Below, piece by piece: positions 35,669-45,486 of a stretch of 64,000 nt of DNA. Made by a program: the position numbers and the translations under genes. The DNA is from an uncultured Gammaproteobacteria bacterium (GTDB taxonomy: Bacteria > Patescibacteriota > Microgenomatia > UBA8517): NCBI GenBank assembly GCA_964583685.1, contig CAZOVJ010000001.1, positions 68,033 to 132,032 of the forward strand, in the 5' to 3' direction. Every line of letters begins with the position of its first letter. Position 1 is the stretch's first letter. The notes under the pieces were generated by a model. The model did not search any database and was not told the origin of the DNA. It saw only the letters and a list, made by a program, of their open reading frames with translations.

Positions 35669-36975
35669 ATAAAATACTTTCTTTAATTAAAGAGGAAGAG
35701 AAGCGGCAGAGAGAGACATTGATGATGATTCCTTCTGAGAACTACACCTATCCTGAGGTGCGGCAGGCGGTTGGCTCGGTCTTAATGCACAAATATTCTG
35801 AAGGTCAGCCCCACAAGCGTTATTATCAGGGAAATTTTATTATTGATGAGATAGAAGAGCTATGCAAAAAATACGCTCTTGAAGCCTTTTCTCTTTCTCC
35901 GGCAAAATGGGCGGTTAATGTTCAGCCTTATTCTGGCTCGGCGGCAAATTTAGCCGTTTATAATGCATTCTTGCAGCCGGGCGACGAAATCATGGCCATG
36001 CATTTAACCGAAGGTGGCCATTTGTCCCATGGCTGGCATTTGGCTGATAAAAAAGTGACTTTGACATCCAAAATTTGGGACGTCGAGTTCTATCATCTTG
36101 ACCCAAAGACTTTGGTTTTCAACTACCAGGCAATTGAAAAACAGGCCAAAAAGGTAAGGCCTAAGTTGATTATTTCCGGTGGTACTGCTTATCCAAGGGA
36201 AATTGAACATGACCGGATGGCTAAGGTTGCCAAGTCAGTCGCTGCCTATTACCTGGCTGATGTGGCTCATGAAGCTGGCTTAATTGCCGGAGGTGCCAAC
36301 AAGTCACCGTTTTCTTATGCTGATGTAGTGACCATGACTAGCCAAAAAACTCTTCGCGGCCCAAGAGGCGCTTTGATTTTTTCTCGCAAAGAGCTTGCGC
36401 CAAAGATTGACTCCTCGGTTTTTCCGGGATTACAAGGGGGACCTCAGGACCATACAATTGCCGGTATAGCTATTGCCCTAAAAAAAGCCCAAAGTAAATC
36501 TTTTAAAGACTATAGCCATCAGGTAGTGGCTAATGCTCAAAAATTGGCTAAAAGATTATTAGAGAATGGCTTTAATCTGGTTAGTGGCGGGACAGATAAG
36601 CATCTTATCCTAATTGATTTGGCTAATAAGGGAATTAATGGTTGGTTTGTGGCTTGGGCATTGGAAAAAGCAGGCATTATTGTCAATCGCAATACTGTTC
36701 CTTGTGAGACCAGTTCTGCTTATTACCCCTCTGGGTTGCGCTTGGGAACGCCGGCGATTACGGTCCGGGGAATGAAAGAAAAAGAAATGGAGATGATTAG
36801 CCAATGGATTAACCAAGTTGTTGAACATCTAGGCCAAAAATCAATTCCTCAGGACAAAGAAAAGCGAAATCAATACTTACAAAGATTTAAATCAGAAATT
36901 GAAAAGGATGTTTTTTTGAAAAAAATTCGGCAAGAGGTTCTTGGGCTTTGTAAAAAATTTCCTATTGATTTTTAA
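35665..36975 (+). CDS. glyA: serine hydroxymethyltransferase
   Basis: LMMIPSENYTYPEVRQAVGSVLMHKYSEGQP.KRYYQGN, the PLP-site region TMTSQKTLRGPRGALIF and GLQGGPQDH.IA. Confidence 0.9.
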   Translation: MNKILSLIKEEEKRQRETLMMIPSENYTYPEVRQAVGSVLMHKYSEGQPHKRYYQGNFIIDEIEELCKKYALEAFSLSPAKWAVNVQPYSGSAANLAVYNAFLQPGDEIMAMHLTEGGHLSHGWHLADKKVTLTSKIWDVEFYHLDPKTLVFNYQAIEKQAKKVRPKLIISGGTAYPREIEHDRMAKVAKSVAAYYLADVAHEAGLIAGGANKSPFSYADVVTMTSQKTLRGPRGALIFSRKELAPKIDSSVFPGLQGGPQDHTIAGIAIALKKAQSKSFKDYSHQVVANAQKLAKRLLENGFNLVSGGTDKHLILIDLANKGINGWFVAWALEKAGIIVNRNTVPCETSSAYYPSGLRLGTPAITVRGMKEKEMEMISQWINQVVEHLGQKSIPQDKEKRNQYLQRFKSEIEKDVFLKKIRQEVLGLCKKFPIDF

Positions 36976-36977
36976 AA

Positions 36978-37787
36978 ATGCAAACAATTATTTTTAACGG
37001 CCGAAAATATGCAGCTAAAAAAGAGGAAAAGCTTAAAGAAAAGGTTAAGCAACTTAATAAAAGGGGTATCAGGCCTAAACTTGTTTCGATTTTAGTTGGC
37101 GATAACCAAGCCAGTAGACTTTATATTTCTCTAAAGAAGCAGGCGGCGGAGCGCGTTGGGGTCGAGTTAGAGGTCAAAGAGTTCACCTCGAATGTTAGCT
37201 CGAGCAAGATTGTGAGAAAAATTGAAAACCTCAATCAGGATGCTTCAATCAACGGAATTATGGTCCAAATGTCTCTTCCAGATAGCTTAAAGCCTAAAAC
37301 TAAAGAAATAGTAAACAAAATTTCTTTAGATAAAGATATCGATGCTTTAGGCAAAGATAGTCCTTTTATTCAGCCCACGGTTAAGGCAATACTTCAATTA
37401 ATTAAACTAGCGAAAGGAAACAGAACCAAGAAAAAAGTGGTCGTTGTTGGGGCAAAGGGGATGGTAGGAAGGCCCTTGGTCAAGGAATTAAGAAAGGAGA
37501 ATTATCCAGTGATTGAATGTGATAAAGAGACCAAAGACCTAAAGCTGAAAACCAAAAAGGCAGGTATTTTGGTCAGTGCTACTGGTGTTTGCGATATAAT
37601 AAAAGGTAACATGGTCCGAGAAGGGGCGGTGGTTATTGATGTAGGAGCACCCAAAGGTGATGTTTCCTTTAAGGAAGTGGCTAAAAAGGCTTCTTTTATC
37701 ACCCCGGTTCCCAATGGGGTTGGTCCTCTAACCATTGCTTATTTGATTGAAAATTTAGTTTTGGCTGCTATAATGCAAAATCAGTAG
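36978..37787 (+). CDS. folD: bifunctional methylenetetrahydrofolate dehydrogenase/cyclohydrolase
   Basis: KLVSILVGDNQASRLYISLKKQAAERVGVE, GIMVQMSLP, VVVVGAKGMVGRPL and a C-terminal PVPNGVGPLTIAYL. Confidence 0.85.
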   Translation: MQTIIFNGRKYAAKKEEKLKEKVKQLNKRGIRPKLVSILVGDNQASRLYISLKKQAAERVGVELEVKEFTSNVSSSKIVRKIENLNQDASINGIMVQMSLPDSLKPKTKEIVNKISLDKDIDALGKDSPFIQPTVKAILQLIKLAKGNRTKKKVVVVGAKGMVGRPLVKELRKENYPVIECDKETKDLKLKTKKAGILVSATGVCDIIKGNMVREGAVVIDVGAPKGDVSFKEVAKKASFITPVPNGVGPLTIAYLIENLVLAAIMQNQ

Positions 37788-37791
37788 ATAA

Positions 37792-38481
37792 ATGATTGAA
37801 GTTTCTTTAGAAGAGCTATTAGAGGCAGGTGCGCATTTGGGACACCAATCGCGTCGCTGGAATCCCAAGATGGCTCCTTATATTTATGAAGAAAAGGAGG
37901 GAATACATGTTTTTGATTTGGCCAAAACCCGCCAGGCCCTTCTTAAGGCATTAAAGATTCTCCAAAAGGCTGCTTCTGAAAAAAAAGCAATTCTTTTTGT
38001 TGGGACAAAAAAACAAATAAAGGAAAAAGTCAGAGAGGTGGCAGAAAGAACCGGTACCTATTATGTAAACGAACGTTGGTTAGGAGGGACTTTTACCAAT
38101 TTTGACCAGATGTTGAAATCAAAAAGGAAATTAAAAGAGATGAAAGAGAAGATGAAATCCGGTGACTATGATAGTTTTACTAAAAAAGAGAGACTCTTAA
38201 TCGAACGCAAAATCCAAAAATTTGAGAGGTTGTTCGCCGGAATTTTGGAGAGTTCTCAATTACCAGATTTGGTGGTGATTATAGACATTCGTTATGAAAG
38301 AGGGGCGGTTAGAGAAGCTAGGGGGTTAGGTATAGAGACAATTGGAGTTGTTGATTCGAACTCTGACCCAACACTTGTAACCTGGCCCATTCCTATGAAT
38401 GATGATGCCACTCAGGCGTTAAATTTTGTTTTAGATCTTTTTGCAAAAGCGATAGTCGAAGGGAAAAAGGCAAAAAAGTAG
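37792..38481 (+). CDS. rpsB: 30S ribosomal protein S2
   Basis: LLEAGAHLGHQSRRWNPKMAPYIY is the S2 N-terminal signature. Confidence 0.9.
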   Translation: MIEVSLEELLEAGAHLGHQSRRWNPKMAPYIYEEKEGIHVFDLAKTRQALLKALKILQKAASEKKAILFVGTKKQIKEKVREVAERTGTYYVNERWLGGTFTNFDQMLKSKRKLKEMKEKMKSGDYDSFTKKERLLIERKIQKFERLFAGILESSQLPDLVVIIDIRYERGAVREARGLGIETIGVVDSNSDPTLVTWPIPMNDDATQALNFVLDLFAKAIVEGKKAKK

Positions 38482-38489
38482 TAGCTGAC

Positions 38490-38954
38490 ATGGGAAAAAT
38501 TACAGCTAATCAAATTAGAAAGTTAAGAGGTAAAACAGGGGCACCTATTCTTCGGGTTAAAAAGATTTTAGAGAAGTTTCAGGGCGATGAAAAAAAGGCT
38601 TTTGAGATTCTGAGAAAAGAGGGTTTTGAAAAAGCAAAAAAAAGAGTTGGTCGGCTAACAGAACAAGGTGTTATCAGTGCCTATATTCATCACAACAAGA
38701 GAGTAGGAGCAATAATTGAACTTTTATGCGAGACGGATTTTGTAGCCAGAAATAAACTTTTCCGGCAATTGGGTCATGATTTGGCAATGCAGATTGCCTC
38801 GATGGGAGCGGCAAATCTCAAAGAACTTAAAAAACAGGAATTTATCAAAGACCCAAGCAAAAAAGTGTCGGATTTGCTTAAAGAGCTAATTACTAAGACA
38901 GGAGAAAACATTCGTGTTGGTAGGTTTTTTCGTATAGAATTAGCTAAGGAATGA
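38490..38954 (+). CDS. tsf: elongation factor Ts (short form)
   Basis: ITANQIRKLRGKTGAPILRVKKIL...KKAFEILRKEG is the EF-Ts N-terminal UBA-like signature. Lies immediately after rpsB. Confidence 0.85.
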   Translation: MGKITANQIRKLRGKTGAPILRVKKILEKFQGDEKKAFEILRKEGFEKAKKRVGRLTEQGVISAYIHHNKRVGAIIELLCETDFVARNKLFRQLGHDLAMQIASMGAANLKELKKQEFIKDPSKKVSDLLKELITKTGENIRVGRFFRIELAKE

Positions 38955-39517
38955 AAGAAGAGGAAGTTCGTAAGCGGATGGAGCAGGTTTTGGAATTGGT
39001 GATTTCTGATGTGGCTACACTGCGTAGTAGCCGGGCCAATCCTTCTATTATTCAGGATCTTGTCGTTCCGGTTTATGGCGGTTCACAGAAGATGAAGATT
39101 ATTGAGCTGGCAACGGTGTCCGCGCCCGATGCCCAAACCTTAATTATTGAACCTTGGGATAAATCAATTATAGGCGAGATAAGAAAAGGAATTTTGGCGG
39201 CAAATGTAGGTTTGAATCCAGTAATTTCCTCTGGGGGCGAAGGTGAGATTATCAGGATATCTTTAGCGCCGCTGACAACAGAGGATAGGGAACAGTATGC
39301 TAAACTTTTGTCCACCAAACTTGAAAATGGAAAAATCATGATTAGGCAAATACGCTCTGACTTTATGCGTCAGATTAAAAAGGCATTTGAAGAGAAGGAA
39401 GTTTCGGAGGATGAAAAATTTAGTCAAGAAAAGAAACTTCAAGAAATCACCGATGACTTTAATGGAGAAATCGAGGCGGTAGGGATGAAGAAACGCCAGG
39501 AGTTGCTTCAAATATGA
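38951..39517 (+). CDS. frr: ribosome recycling factor
   Basis: GNRR-like: VSAPDAQTLIIEPWDKSIIGEIRKGILAANVGLNPV..GEIIRISLAPLTTEDREQY. Confidence 0.9.
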   Translation: MKEEEVRKRMEQVLELVISDVATLRSSRANPSIIQDLVVPVYGGSQKMKIIELATVSAPDAQTLIIEPWDKSIIGEIRKGILAANVGLNPVISSGGEGEIIRISLAPLTTEDREQYAKLLSTKLENGKIMIRQIRSDFMRQIKKAFEEKEVSEDEKFSQEKKLQEITDDFNGEIEAVGMKKRQELLQI

Positions 39518-40638
39518 TTGGTTCTACTTTGAGTTTGATTTTATTAGCCTTGTTTGTTTTGTCAATTTTGATATTGGTCCATGAGCTGGGTCATTTCCTT
39601 GTTGCTAAAAAAGCTGGAGTTTGGGTTGAAGAATTCGGCATTGGTTTGCCCCCGCGTATTCTTGGCAAAAAGATAGGAGAAACTCTCTATTCAATCAATC
39701 TTCTTCCAATAGGCGGGTTTGTTAGGCTTCATGGTGAAATTGAAGATAAAAAACTAAGTAAGCCTGAGCGGGCATTTCTCAATAAGCCCAAGAAGACAAG
39801 GGCTTTAATCTGCCTTGCTGGAATTATTATGAATTTTCTTTTGGCTGTGGCTTGTTTTAGTGTTTTCTATTCCTTCAGTGGCATTCTTAGAGAAACTGAT
39901 CAGGTGAGAATTTTAGAGATTATGACAGATTCACCAGCCCAGACAGCCGGTTTGATTATCGGTGACACCATCATAGGGGTTAATGGACAAAAGATATTAA
40001 CGACTACTGAGTTTGTCTCAATTATTAGCGAAAACAGAGGGAAAAAGGTGATAATTGAAATTGAGAGAGAATCGGCTGACGAGAAGATAAATAAAAAGAT
40101 TTCTGTCAGACCAAGAGAGAATCCTCCTGAAGAAGGCGAGTTTTTAGGGGTTGTTGTTTCTTCAGAGGAGATTTATTATCCTCCTTTTTGGCAAAGGCCT
40201 TTTGTCGGTATTTATTATGGTTTTCGGGAGGCACTTTGTTTGAGTAAAGCGGTTGTTTTGGGGATTATTTCCATTTTTGTTGATGTCTCTCATGGTCAGG
40301 CTCCAAAAGGCGTAGTCGGGCCAGTGGGGATAACGGCCTTAATTGCCTATGTTGCCAATCTTGGGCTTTTGCCGCTTATTAATTTTATAGGTATTATTTC
40401 GGTTAATCTGGCCATTTTAAATTTGATTCCTTTTCCTGCCCTTGACGGTTCAAAACTTTTATTTTTAGGGGTAGAGTGTTTGTTTGGCAGGCGTGTTTTG
40501 CCTCAGGTTGAATCAATTGTCCAGACAGTTGGCATGATCCTGCTTTTCCTTTTATTATTGGCGATAACCAGTCGGGAAATTCCTACCCTGATTAGAAGTG
40601 GCTCGATTTCTGGATTTGTGGATTCGATTTTGAGATAA
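39514..40638 (+). CDS. rseP: RIP zinc metalloprotease RseP-like (M50 with a PDZ domain)
   Basis: HELGHFLVAKKAGVWVEEFGIG.PP (HExxH in TM1), a central PDZ-like region (GLIIGDTIIGVNGQ) and a C-terminal LDG motif (PFPALDGSK). Confidence 0.85.
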   Translation: MIGSTLSLILLALFVLSILILVHELGHFLVAKKAGVWVEEFGIGLPPRILGKKIGETLYSINLLPIGGFVRLHGEIEDKKLSKPERAFLNKPKKTRALICLAGIIMNFLLAVACFSVFYSFSGILRETDQVRILEIMTDSPAQTAGLIIGDTIIGVNGQKILTTTEFVSIISENRGKKVIIEIERESADEKINKKISVRPRENPPEEGEFLGVVVSSEEIYYPPFWQRPFVGIYYGFREALCLSKAVVLGIISIFVDVSHGQAPKGVVGPVGITALIAYVANLGLLPLINFIGIISVNLAILNLIPFPALDGSKLLFLGVECLFGRRVLPQVESIVQTVGMILLFLLLLAITSREIPTLIRSGSISGFVDSILR

Positions 40639-40652
40639 TAGTTTCACTTTTC

Positions 40653-41885
40653 GTGTTACAATCCAAACTTTTTCCGAAAACAAAAAAAGAGGCACCAAAG
40701 GAAGCCGAAAGTATTAATCATCGGCTTTTGGTGAGGGCTGGATTTGTTGATCAATTGATGTCCGGGTCTTGGACTCTTCTGCCATTAGGATGGCGTGTCC
40801 TCAATAAAATTAATCAAATTATCAGAGAGGAAATGAATGCTCTTGGGGCTCAGGAAATACTGATGCCCTTGCTTCATCCCAAAAGGATTTGGCAGGAAAC
40901 AGGCAGATGGGATAAAGCTCAGGAGGTGATGTTTCAATTTAAGGATTTTCGTGGTAAAGAATATGCTCTTTCCTTTACTCATGAGGAAGTGGTGATGGAT
41001 ATTTTGAGAAAGCATGTTAAAAGTTATCAGGATTTGCCGCTTGCTATTTATCATTTTTCCACAAAATTCAGAAATGAACCTCGAGCAAAGAGCGGTATAT
41101 TAAGGGGTCGTGAATTTATGATGAAAGATCTTTATAGTGCTCATGCCAGCGAAGATGATATGTGGGCCTTTTATGAGAAGGTGAAAACTGCTTATTGCAA
41201 AATTTTTAAGCGATTGGGATTTAATTTCAGGGTGGTTGAAGCAGGAGGAGATATTTTTACAGAAAGTAACACTCATGAGTTTCAAGTATTCTCAAAAAGA
41301 GGAGAAGACACGATTTATTATTGTGATTCCTGTGATTGGGGAGAGAATAAGGAGATATTTAAAGGCAAAGTCAACAATCGTTGTCCAAAGTGCAAAAAAG
41401 GTCGGGTGCTCGAATCAAGGGCCATTGAGGTTGGCAATATTTTTCCTTTAGGAACTTGGTATGGGGAAAGAATGAAAGTCTATTATACGGATGGCCAGGG
41501 CCGGAAAAAACCGATTTGGCTTGCCAGTTATGGAATTGGTTGTACCAGGATTTTAGGGGTTTTGGTAGAAGTGTCTTATGATAGTAAGGGAATTATTTGG
41601 TTTCCTCAAGTTGCTCCTTTTGACTGCCATCTTCTGGGTATCGAGGCCGATAAAAAGGCGGGGGAGGTATATCAACGACTGAAAAAAGCAGGAATAGAGG
41701 TTTTATATGATGACCGTGATCTTTCTGCTGGAGAAAAATTCAACGACGCTGATTTAATTGGGATTCCAATCAGGCTTGTGGTTTCAAAAGAAACAGGCAA
41801 TAAAATTGAGCGGAAAAAGCGCACATCTGATAAGACGGAATTGCTTTCTTTAAAAAAGGTGATTAGACGATTTACTACCTCATAG
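40653..41885 (+). CDS. proS: prolyl-tRNA synthetase, compact 410-aa form without an INS editing domain; small Cys4 ribbon between motifs 2 and 3
   Basis: INHRLLVRAGFVDQLMSGSW..LPLGWRV, class II motifs 1-3 and a C-terminal anticodon-binding domain (LGIEADKK...IPIRLVVS). An inserted CDSCDW...CPKCKKG sits where bacterial ProRS usually carries INS. Confidence 0.85.
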   Translation: MLQSKLFPKTKKEAPKEAESINHRLLVRAGFVDQLMSGSWTLLPLGWRVLNKINQIIREEMNALGAQEILMPLLHPKRIWQETGRWDKAQEVMFQFKDFRGKEYALSFTHEEVVMDILRKHVKSYQDLPLAIYHFSTKFRNEPRAKSGILRGREFMMKDLYSAHASEDDMWAFYEKVKTAYCKIFKRLGFNFRVVEAGGDIFTESNTHEFQVFSKRGEDTIYYCDSCDWGENKEIFKGKVNNRCPKCKKGRVLESRAIEVGNIFPLGTWYGERMKVYYTDGQGRKKPIWLASYGIGCTRILGVLVEVSYDSKGIIWFPQVAPFDCHLLGIEADKKAGEVYQRLKKAGIEVLYDDRDLSAGEKFNDADLIGIPIRLVVSKETGNKIERKKRTSDKTELLSLKKVIRRFTTS

Positions 41886-41889
41886 ATTA

Positions 41890-42879
41890 ATGAATAAAAA
41901 AATTTGTTGTATCGGTGGGGGAACCGGTACTTATCAGGTTTTGACTGGCTTGAAGAAATATCCAGTTGACTTGACTGCAGTAGTTTCTATGACCGATTCA
42001 GGAGGAAGTAATCGAGTTTTGCGGGATGAATTTGGCCTTTTGCCCACTTCGGATATCAGACAATGTTTAGTTGCCTTGGCCTCTCCAGGTTCGGACGAAC
42101 TTCTGAGAAAACTTTTTATCTACCGCTATGATCGGGGAACCGGAATTTCAGGAATGACTTTTGGTAATCTTTTTATGGCCGCCCTGGCTGATATTTACAA
42201 TTCTCAAGAAAAGGCAATTGACAAAACTTGTGAGATTCTCAATATTCAAGGGAAAATTTTTCCGGTTACCTATGACAATGTTCATCTTGTGGCAAGGTAT
42301 GAGAATGGCAGGCAAGTTTTAGGTGAACATCATATAGACCAGCCTGATAAAAAGTTAGGAAAATATGGAATTGTTGGGCTAGAGGTTGTTCCAAGGGCCA
42401 GAGCAAATAAAAAGGCCCTGGTTGCTATCAAACAGGCAGACTTGCTCGTTATAGGTCCGGGCGATCTCTACACAAGTATCATTTGCAACCTGGTAGTTGA
42501 AGGAGTGAGTCAAGCGATTAAAAAATCTCAAGCTAAAAAAATTTTCATCATCAATCTAATGACAAAATTTGGACAAACAAATAATTTTACGGCAAAAGAT
42601 CATCTGCGAGAGCTTGAGAAATATCTAGGTAAGGGAGTCGTTGATGTTTGTTTGATTAATAAAACCAGACCTTTTTCCAATAAAATACTTGCTCGGTATA
42701 CTGAGGAGCAAGCAGTTCTCGTAATTGATGATTTAGATAGTCAACAAAAATTAAAGGTAATTAGGGGTGACTTTGTTGACCGAGAAATTTATCAAAGACA
42801 ACCAAGAGATAAGATAAAAAGGAGTTTAATCAGACATGACCCGGATAAACTGGCTAAAGCAATAATTTCTCTTCTTTAA
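41890..42879 (+). CDS. YvcK/CofD-like family protein (UPF0052, gluconeogenesis-factor family)
   Basis: KICCIGGGTGTYQVLTGLK.YPVDLTAVVSMTDSGGSNRVLR is the family signature. Confidence 0.8.
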   Translation: MNKKICCIGGGTGTYQVLTGLKKYPVDLTAVVSMTDSGGSNRVLRDEFGLLPTSDIRQCLVALASPGSDELLRKLFIYRYDRGTGISGMTFGNLFMAALADIYNSQEKAIDKTCEILNIQGKIFPVTYDNVHLVARYENGRQVLGEHHIDQPDKKLGKYGIVGLEVVPRARANKKALVAIKQADLLVIGPGDLYTSIICNLVVEGVSQAIKKSQAKKIFIINLMTKFGQTNNFTAKDHLRELEKYLGKGVVDVCLINKTRPFSNKILARYTEEQAVLVIDDLDSQQKLKVIRGDFVDREIYQRQPRDKIKRSLIRHDPDKLAKAIISLL

Positions 42880-42921
42880 CCCCTTGTCGAAAAAAGAACC
42901 AGTCATTATACTGAGGACGCA

Positions 42922-43242
42922 ATGGTTGATTGTCTCTTTTGTAAAATTATCAAAAAAGAAATTCCCGCTGAAATAGAGAAAGAAACAGAAAAGTTATTGG
43001 TTTTTAAGGACATTTACCCTAAGGCTCCTGTCCATCTTTTAATTGTACCCAAGAGGCATATTCCAGACATAAGCCGAGTATCTGATGATGTTTGGCAAGA
43101 GATAAAGGAAATGGCAATTAAGCTGGCAAAAGAGAAAAAACTTGATGGCTTTCGTTTGATTCATAATGTTGGAGAATCGGCCGCAATTCCTCATATGCAT
43201 GTTCATTTTCTGGGAGAAGTTTCTAAGGACAGGGAAATATGA
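42922..43242 (+). CDS. HIT-family (histidine triad) protein
   Basis: C-terminal HMHVHFLGE contains the H-x-H-x-H triad. Confidence 0.8.
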   Translation: MVDCLFCKIIKKEIPAEIEKETEKLLVFKDIYPKAPVHLLIVPKRHIPDISRVSDDVWQEIKEMAIKLAKEKKLDGFRLIHNVGESAAIPHMHVHFLGEVSKDREI

Positions 43243-43679
43243 TTTCGGAGACAATCCAGCAAAAGATTAATAAAGCCCTTAAGGCGGGTGAGCGAATTCG
43301 GGTCTCGACCCTAAAGTTGCTTTCTTCAGAACTTTATAACGCCAAGATTGCTAAAAGGGCAAAATTAACAGAGGCAGAGGAGTTGAGGATTGTCCAGCAC
43401 GAAGCCAAAAAGAGAAAAGAGGCAATAGCGATTTATCAAAAAGCCGGTGCTAACGATAGAGCAGAGAGGGAGGAAAAAGAGTTGAAGGTTTTAGAGGAGT
43501 TTTTGCCAAAGGGATTATCAGATTCAGAGCTTGAAAGCTTGATTGAGAAGGCGATAAAAGAATGTGGGGCATCGGGGATGGTGGACATGGGTAAGGTAAT
43601 GGGAGTTGTAATGGCCAAAGTAAAAGGAAGGGCAGAAGGGGATAAAGTTGCTCAAATTGTGAAACTTAAATTGACATGA
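43239..43679 (+). CDS. GatB/YqeY-domain protein
   Basis: LKAGERIRVSTLKLLSSELYNAKI, EFLPKGLSDSELESLIEKAI and GKVMGVVMAKVKGRAEGDKV are YqeY-family hallmarks. Confidence 0.8.
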   Translation: MISETIQQKINKALKAGERIRVSTLKLLSSELYNAKIAKRAKLTEAEELRIVQHEAKKRKEAIAIYQKAGANDRAEREEKELKVLEEFLPKGLSDSELESLIEKAIKECGASGMVDMGKVMGVVMAKVKGRAEGDKVAQIVKLKLT

Positions 43680-44074
43680 TTTCGATAACTGTTTATAAGC
43701 AATCAAGCTATCCAGTTAACAGCCGGAGAATTAAAGAAACGATTAAGGAGACACTTGAAAATCAAGGTCTTGTTTCCGATTGCGAGCTCTCTCTGGCAAT
43801 TCTTGGTAAGAACAAAATGCAGGAAGTCAGCCGGAAGTATTTAGCAGGAGATAAATCTCAGATTTCAAGCCATCCTGTTTTGGCATTTCCCACTGATGAG
43901 AGTAAGAAACGCTTTGTTTTTCCTCCTGACAAAAAAATCCATCTTGGCGAAATTTTGATTTCCTATCATCTGGCCAGAGAAAAAGCTAAGAAAAATAATT
44001 GCTTGATTGAAGAGGTAATTTTAGAATTGGTCCGACACGGAACCCTGCACTTATTGGGAGTACACAAGGAATAA
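43676..44074 (+). CDS. ybeY: endoribonuclease YbeY (rRNA maturation factor)
   Basis: C-terminal LVRHGTLHLLGVHKE is the H3xH5xH metal-binding motif. Confidence 0.8.
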   Translation: MISITVYKQSSYPVNSRRIKETIKETLENQGLVSDCELSLAILGKNKMQEVSRKYLAGDKSQISSHPVLAFPTDESKKRFVFPPDKKIHLGEILISYHLAREKAKKNNCLIEEVILELVRHGTLHLLGVHKE

Positions 44075-44082
44075 AATATCAG

Positions 44083-45486
44083 ATGACTTTTTATTTAAAA
44101 CACAGAGTGCAGACCTTAGAGGAACTGGATTTGGAGAATGCCCGCAGATTACTCAAAAGGATTGTAAAGTCGGGCAAGATGCCTCATGCTTTTCTTTTCT
44201 CCGGGCCAAAAGGAACAGGCAAAACTTCGGCGGCCAGGATTTTGGCAAAGATAATTAATTGTGAGAATCCTTTAGCTGGTGGTGAACCCTGCAATAAATG
44301 CAGTCAGTGTCTTTCTATTATGCAAGGTAATAATCTTGATGTGATTGAACTTGATGCAGCCAGTCATCGAGGGATAGATGATGTTAGAAGTTTAAGAGAG
44401 GCTGTTATTCTTAGTCCTAATTCGGCGAGAAAAAAGGTCTATATTATTGATGAAGCTCACATGCTGACTCCAGAAGCGGCCAACGCTTTCCTGAAAACCC
44501 TGGAAGAGCCACCGGCGCACGTGATTTTCATTTTGGCAACCACCAATCCAGAAAAGCTTCCCGAAACAATCCGTTCCCGTTTAACCAATATTATTTTTGA
44601 AAAAGCAAAGATGGAGGAAATTAAAAGGCAACTTGCTCGGGTAATGGCTAGGGAAAAAATAAAAGCAGAAAAAGGAGTTATTGAAATTATCAGTAAGGCG
44701 GCGGATGGGTCTTTTAGGGATTCCTTGAATCTTCTGGAGCAGTTGACTTTTCAATCTAAAGTCTTGAAAAAGGATACTTGTCAGGAGTTAATTTTCCAAA
44801 GCAGGGTTTTGAATGTCGATGAGCTCTTTAGTTTATTGGTAACAAAAAATGTCAAACAATGTTTCTCTGAGGTGGAGAGAATTATCAATCAAGGAGGATT
44901 GATGAAGAACTATCTCAATTTGTTAATTAGCAGGTTGCACGCTGCACTTTTGGCAAAGGCGGGCTTGGGGAAATCTGATTTGCCTAAGTTTTCGAAAAAA
45001 GACCTTTTGCTTTTGATTGATCTTTTTACAAAGGCTTATCAAGAAACTCCAGTTTCCTTTATTCCCCAGTTACCCACTGAGATGGCCATAAGCAAATGGT
45101 ATGGTTCAAAAAGTGTTGCTAAAAGTGTTGCTAAAAGTGTTGCTAAGTCTGGAGAAATCTCCTCCGGGATTTGGGAGAAAATACTTGTTGCCGTTAAGCT
45201 GAAAAATCCCAAAATTGAAGCCCTTTTGCGAGCGGCCAGGCCACTTGATTTTGGTGGGAAGACTTTAAGATTAGGAGTTTTTTATCAATTTCATAAAGAG
45301 CGTCTTGAGGATAATCAGAACAAAGAGGTCTTGGAGGGAATAATCAAGGAAGTTTTGGGAAGGTCGATCAGGGTTTCTTATGTTTTAACAGAGAAAAAGG
45401 AACCCTCGGCCCCAGAGAAAGAGATTTTGACGTCAACCGAAGACCAAGATATAATTCAAACAGCAAAAGAAATCTTTGGCAGTTAA
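44083..45486 (+). CDS. dnaX: DNA polymerase III subunit gamma/tau
   Basis: GPKGTGKTSAARILAKIINC (Walker A), a C..C..C zinc module (CNKCSQC), DEAHML (Walker B) and SRL (sensor). It contains an in-frame 12-bp x3 repeat (KSVAKSVAKSVAKS) at about 45105-45146. Confidence 0.85.
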   Translation: MTFYLKHRVQTLEELDLENARRLLKRIVKSGKMPHAFLFSGPKGTGKTSAARILAKIINCENPLAGGEPCNKCSQCLSIMQGNNLDVIELDAASHRGIDDVRSLREAVILSPNSARKKVYIIDEAHMLTPEAANAFLKTLEEPPAHVIFILATTNPEKLPETIRSRLTNIIFEKAKMEEIKRQLARVMAREKIKAEKGVIEIISKAADGSFRDSLNLLEQLTFQSKVLKKDTCQELIFQSRVLNVDELFSLLVTKNVKQCFSEVERIINQGGLMKNYLNLLISRLHAALLAKAGLGKSDLPKFSKKDLLLLIDLFTKAYQETPVSFIPQLPTEMAISKWYGSKSVAKSVAKSVAKSGEISSGIWEKILVAVKLKNPKIEALLRAARPLDFGGKTLRLGVFYQFHKERLEDNQNKEVLEGIIKEVLGRSIRVSYVLTEKKEPSAPEKEILTSTEDQDIIQTAKEIFGS

